A stretch of DNA of 63,970 nt, filler included, from Octopus bimaculoides (taxonomy: Eukaryota): the NCBI RefSeq assembly GCF_001194135.2. It is 6 parts of 6 records of this genome, joined end to end, with 100 filler letters (N's around TTAATTAATTAA, not from the genome) between each part and the next. Parts side by side here need not be neighbours in the genome. Positions count along the whole stretch, not along the records: positions 59,848 to 62,755 come from NW_026312425.1; positions 62,856 to 63,970 come from NC_068985.1; 4 more parts are not named here. One strand, 5' to 3'. Under the pieces are notes generated by a model. It saw nothing but the letters and a program-made list of their open reading frames with translations. It did no database searches and was not told where the DNA came from. Positions within the stretch are counted from its first letter, which is position 1. Every line of letters begins with the position of its first letter. A program made the translations under genes and the position numbers. Shown here in pieces: positions 61,306 through 63,970 of the stretch.

Positions 61306-62465
61306 ATGATGCAAGTCAGTCTGCCAGAAATTTGGGAAAGATTTGCTGTACTGATTGGCATCTGCGCGGAAAAATCCTATACGCACCTTTCAGAGCGTTT
61401 GGGTATCTATCTGACGACAGTGCGGAGGGTTCGGAAAGAGTTGCCTGAGTCTAATAATGATTAAGAGAGTACAGAAGCTCGGAAAACTATTTTTGATCGT
61501 TCTGATAAGAAAAGAACTCTTGAATTTGCTAGTGAGATCCAGGCCATGATTGACAGCCATCTCTCCCAGGTCCATCACCATGGACATGGGAGTGTCTGAG
61601 TTCCTTATCAGGCAAGTAGTGTATGAAGACTTTCGGTATTCGTCATAGAAGTTGAGAAAAGGCCAATAGTTATCACAAGCCATCAAGGACAAAAGAAAAG
61701 ATCGCGCTACGAAGCTGTTGAACAAGCTCAGGCAACCCCTACAACCGAACATGCTTTGCTTTTTCTCAGACGAGAAAAATTTCTGACTGGATCAGATGGT
61801 GAACACACAGAACAACCACTGGTTTGTTGTGTCCCCAAAATATGTACCGAGAGTGATAAAAATCAAACATCCAGTCAATATTATAGTGTGTTGAGTTATC
61901 ACTAGTGATGGGAACGTTATGCTTCCATTCATCTCTCTAAACAACCTCACACTCAACACGGAAGCCTGCATCAAGTGTCTGGAGGAGGTAGTGCTGTTCT
62001 GGGTCAAGAAGGTGGCTTCTTAAAAACCCTATGTCTGGCAACGGGACTCTGCACCATGTCAAACAATCAGGAGAATCTAGTCATGGCTGTCAGACAATTT
62101 CTGCGACCACATTACCCTAAACATCTTGCTACGTAAGTCTCCAGACTGCAACTCTCTTGATTATTATTTGTGGGGCACAATTGATCGAGGGACCAACAAA
62201 ACTCCTTATAACGCCAAGGATGAACTGAAGGCAAGGATTATTGCAACATTCACCAACGTAAACAAGGAGACCGTCTATCAGAGTTGCAGGAGATTCCGAA
62301 GTCATCTGGTGGTCGTGGCTGAAGCCAATGACGATTATATTGAATAAATTTACCCTTTAGTATTTCAAGATATTTTTATGTAATTTTGGTAAACATATCT
62401 GTTAAAATGAGATGTCAGTGTTATTTTCATTTTGCGTAATTTAGACGACAATTAATTCACCGCGG
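61306..62465 (+). pseudogene. Tc1/mariner DD37D (maT-type) transposase pseudogene and 3' end
   Basis: FSDEK, QRDSAP, and SPDCNSLDYYLWG, with 37 residues counted between the 2nd and 3rd Asp. ATG at 61306, stop at 62345-62347, multiple internal stops and frameshifts. Confidence 0.9.
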
Positions 62466-62755
62466 AGGCATAAAATGTGGGAGGGAAGTCATAAGAGTAC
62501 TATGTATTGAGAAATGTGTAATTGGACTTGATAGGTTACTGACTGATGTCTTTGAGAAACCACATTACTGTTGCTGATACAGCATTCAATTGCTGCTATA
62601 TGACATTTGTTTGAGACTAAGTGACGATTATGATGACGATTTATTCCCGAGCTGAAATAGGCTCCCAGCCTCTGTATCATGAATGGTTATGTGGACCACT
62701 CCCATCGAAAGCCAAAGCTTCCTTCGACCACTACATAAAAAGTATTAAGAAAAAA

Positions 62756-62855
62756 NNNNNNNNNNNNNNNNNNNNNNNNNNNNNNNNNNNNNNNNNNNNT
62801 TAATTAATTAANNNNNNNNNNNNNNNNNNNNNNNNNNNNNNNNNNNNNNNNNNNN
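62756..62855. other. Artificial scaffold-joining linker 5
   Basis: 44 N + TTAATTAATTAA + 44 N. Confidence 0.95.
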
Positions 62856-63970
62856 ATATATATATATATATATAGCCTGACACTATACACAATATAGATA
62901 CCTCTCCACATTACTTCCCCACATTCCTTCTCTCTACATTTCTTTACTAAACTTATGCTTCCACCCCCACATTTTTCCTTTTGCTCCCTCTACTTCTTCT
63001 TTCCTTCTTGCTTACTACTATCAACCATATATCTCACTTGAATTACTTACAATAGTAAGGATGGAAGCAGACCATATAGAAAGAATCGTAATAAAGATGT
63101 AAGCGGCGGCTGGAAATTTGTTACCCAGACCTAGAAACAACCCAGTATAGATTGGATATAAAGAAGAGAAGTGGAACGGGTAATACAGTACAGTACAATA
63201 CAGCCAATTGTTAGATCTCTAAACAGAATATAAGTCCATGACTCAACCATGATAAGGGTAGACGTTAAATTAAAATAGGAACTGGGAATAAGATAACAAA
63301 CTGAGGATTTTAGTAAGAAGAGATGAGGTTCAAATCTTAGTATAAAACCCATAGAATATAATGGTAATAGCAAATAATGATAATATATTGAAATATTATT
63401 GAATATATCAGTGATGGAGCTTGAAAAGATTCCTAGGAGCAATGTCTTCTGGATAAAATTCTCTTAGCCCAATAATGAGACACAGTATTAATGTAAAATA
63501 AAATAATAGCAATGACAACCTCCCAGAGGCAACAAAAATAATCTACCTATCGGGGATAATCAATAGTCATTAATAAATAAATTAATAAATAAATTAATAA
63601 ATAAATAAATTAAATAAATTAATCTAGTAGACACTCACAGGAGAGCGGTAACAATAGAAAAGATTAAGAAGCTACCTCCCCTGTATATCATAATCAAAAT
63701 ATAATCAAGTCAGCATGGCGGAAAGAACGGTATAGTTAAATAATTTTTAATAATCTGTTCTGATCGATAATTGTGTTTTTCGGTCATTTGTTCTAATGGA
63801 AGCCATTCCTGAGGAAGTGACAAACGTCATACATCCAACGGATCAGTCGTTGGATAGAGTTGAGCACAGAAATGTTGACATCGAATGGTAAATAATTAAT
63901 TAAATAAATGGAAAATCGATCGTGTTGAAGGTCTCTATCCTTTTTAATATACAAATTTGAAACCTTGGAA

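Noticed and set aside
62856-63970. Mitochondrial insertion (NUMT)
   Set aside because: It is AT-rich and skewed, but I recognised no mitochondrial protein, rRNA or tRNA motif in any frame.

Overview
AT-rich, repeat-dense animal genomic DNA. The SINE families, microsatellite load and protein matches suggest an octopod cephalopod (inference). The window is not contiguous: five identical 100-bp artificial linkers (44 N + TTAATTAATTAA + 44 N) divide it into six unrelated pieces (1-20578, 20679-41283, 41384-48437, 48538-59747, 59848-62755, 62856-63970). The only recognisable host gene is a 12-exon internal portion of UBR4/p600 (E3 ligase) on the minus strand of piece 1. All introns are GT-AG and splice into one frame of 1525 nt. 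Six of these exons are missing from the ORF track, and the gene is incomplete at both ends. The rest is intronic or intergenic. It holds several tRNA-derived SINE families, a (GAT)n-tailed retroposon with an internal 66-bp minisatellite, and piggyBac-like, hAT, Tigger-like and Helitron/Helentron-like non-autonomous elements. It also holds dead Tc1 and DD37D (maT) transposases, RTE, L1/Tx1 and RLE-type (R4/Dong-like) LINE fragments, Penelope-like fragments and many microsatellites. The most interesting signals are decayed minimal hammerhead-ribozyme motifs in Penelope-type terminal repeats (54081-54127 and 57661-57697), several unexplained near-perfect hairpins, and inverted SINE pairs around seven consecutive phase-0 UBR4 exons. 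No intact, clearly novel multi-gene system is supported.
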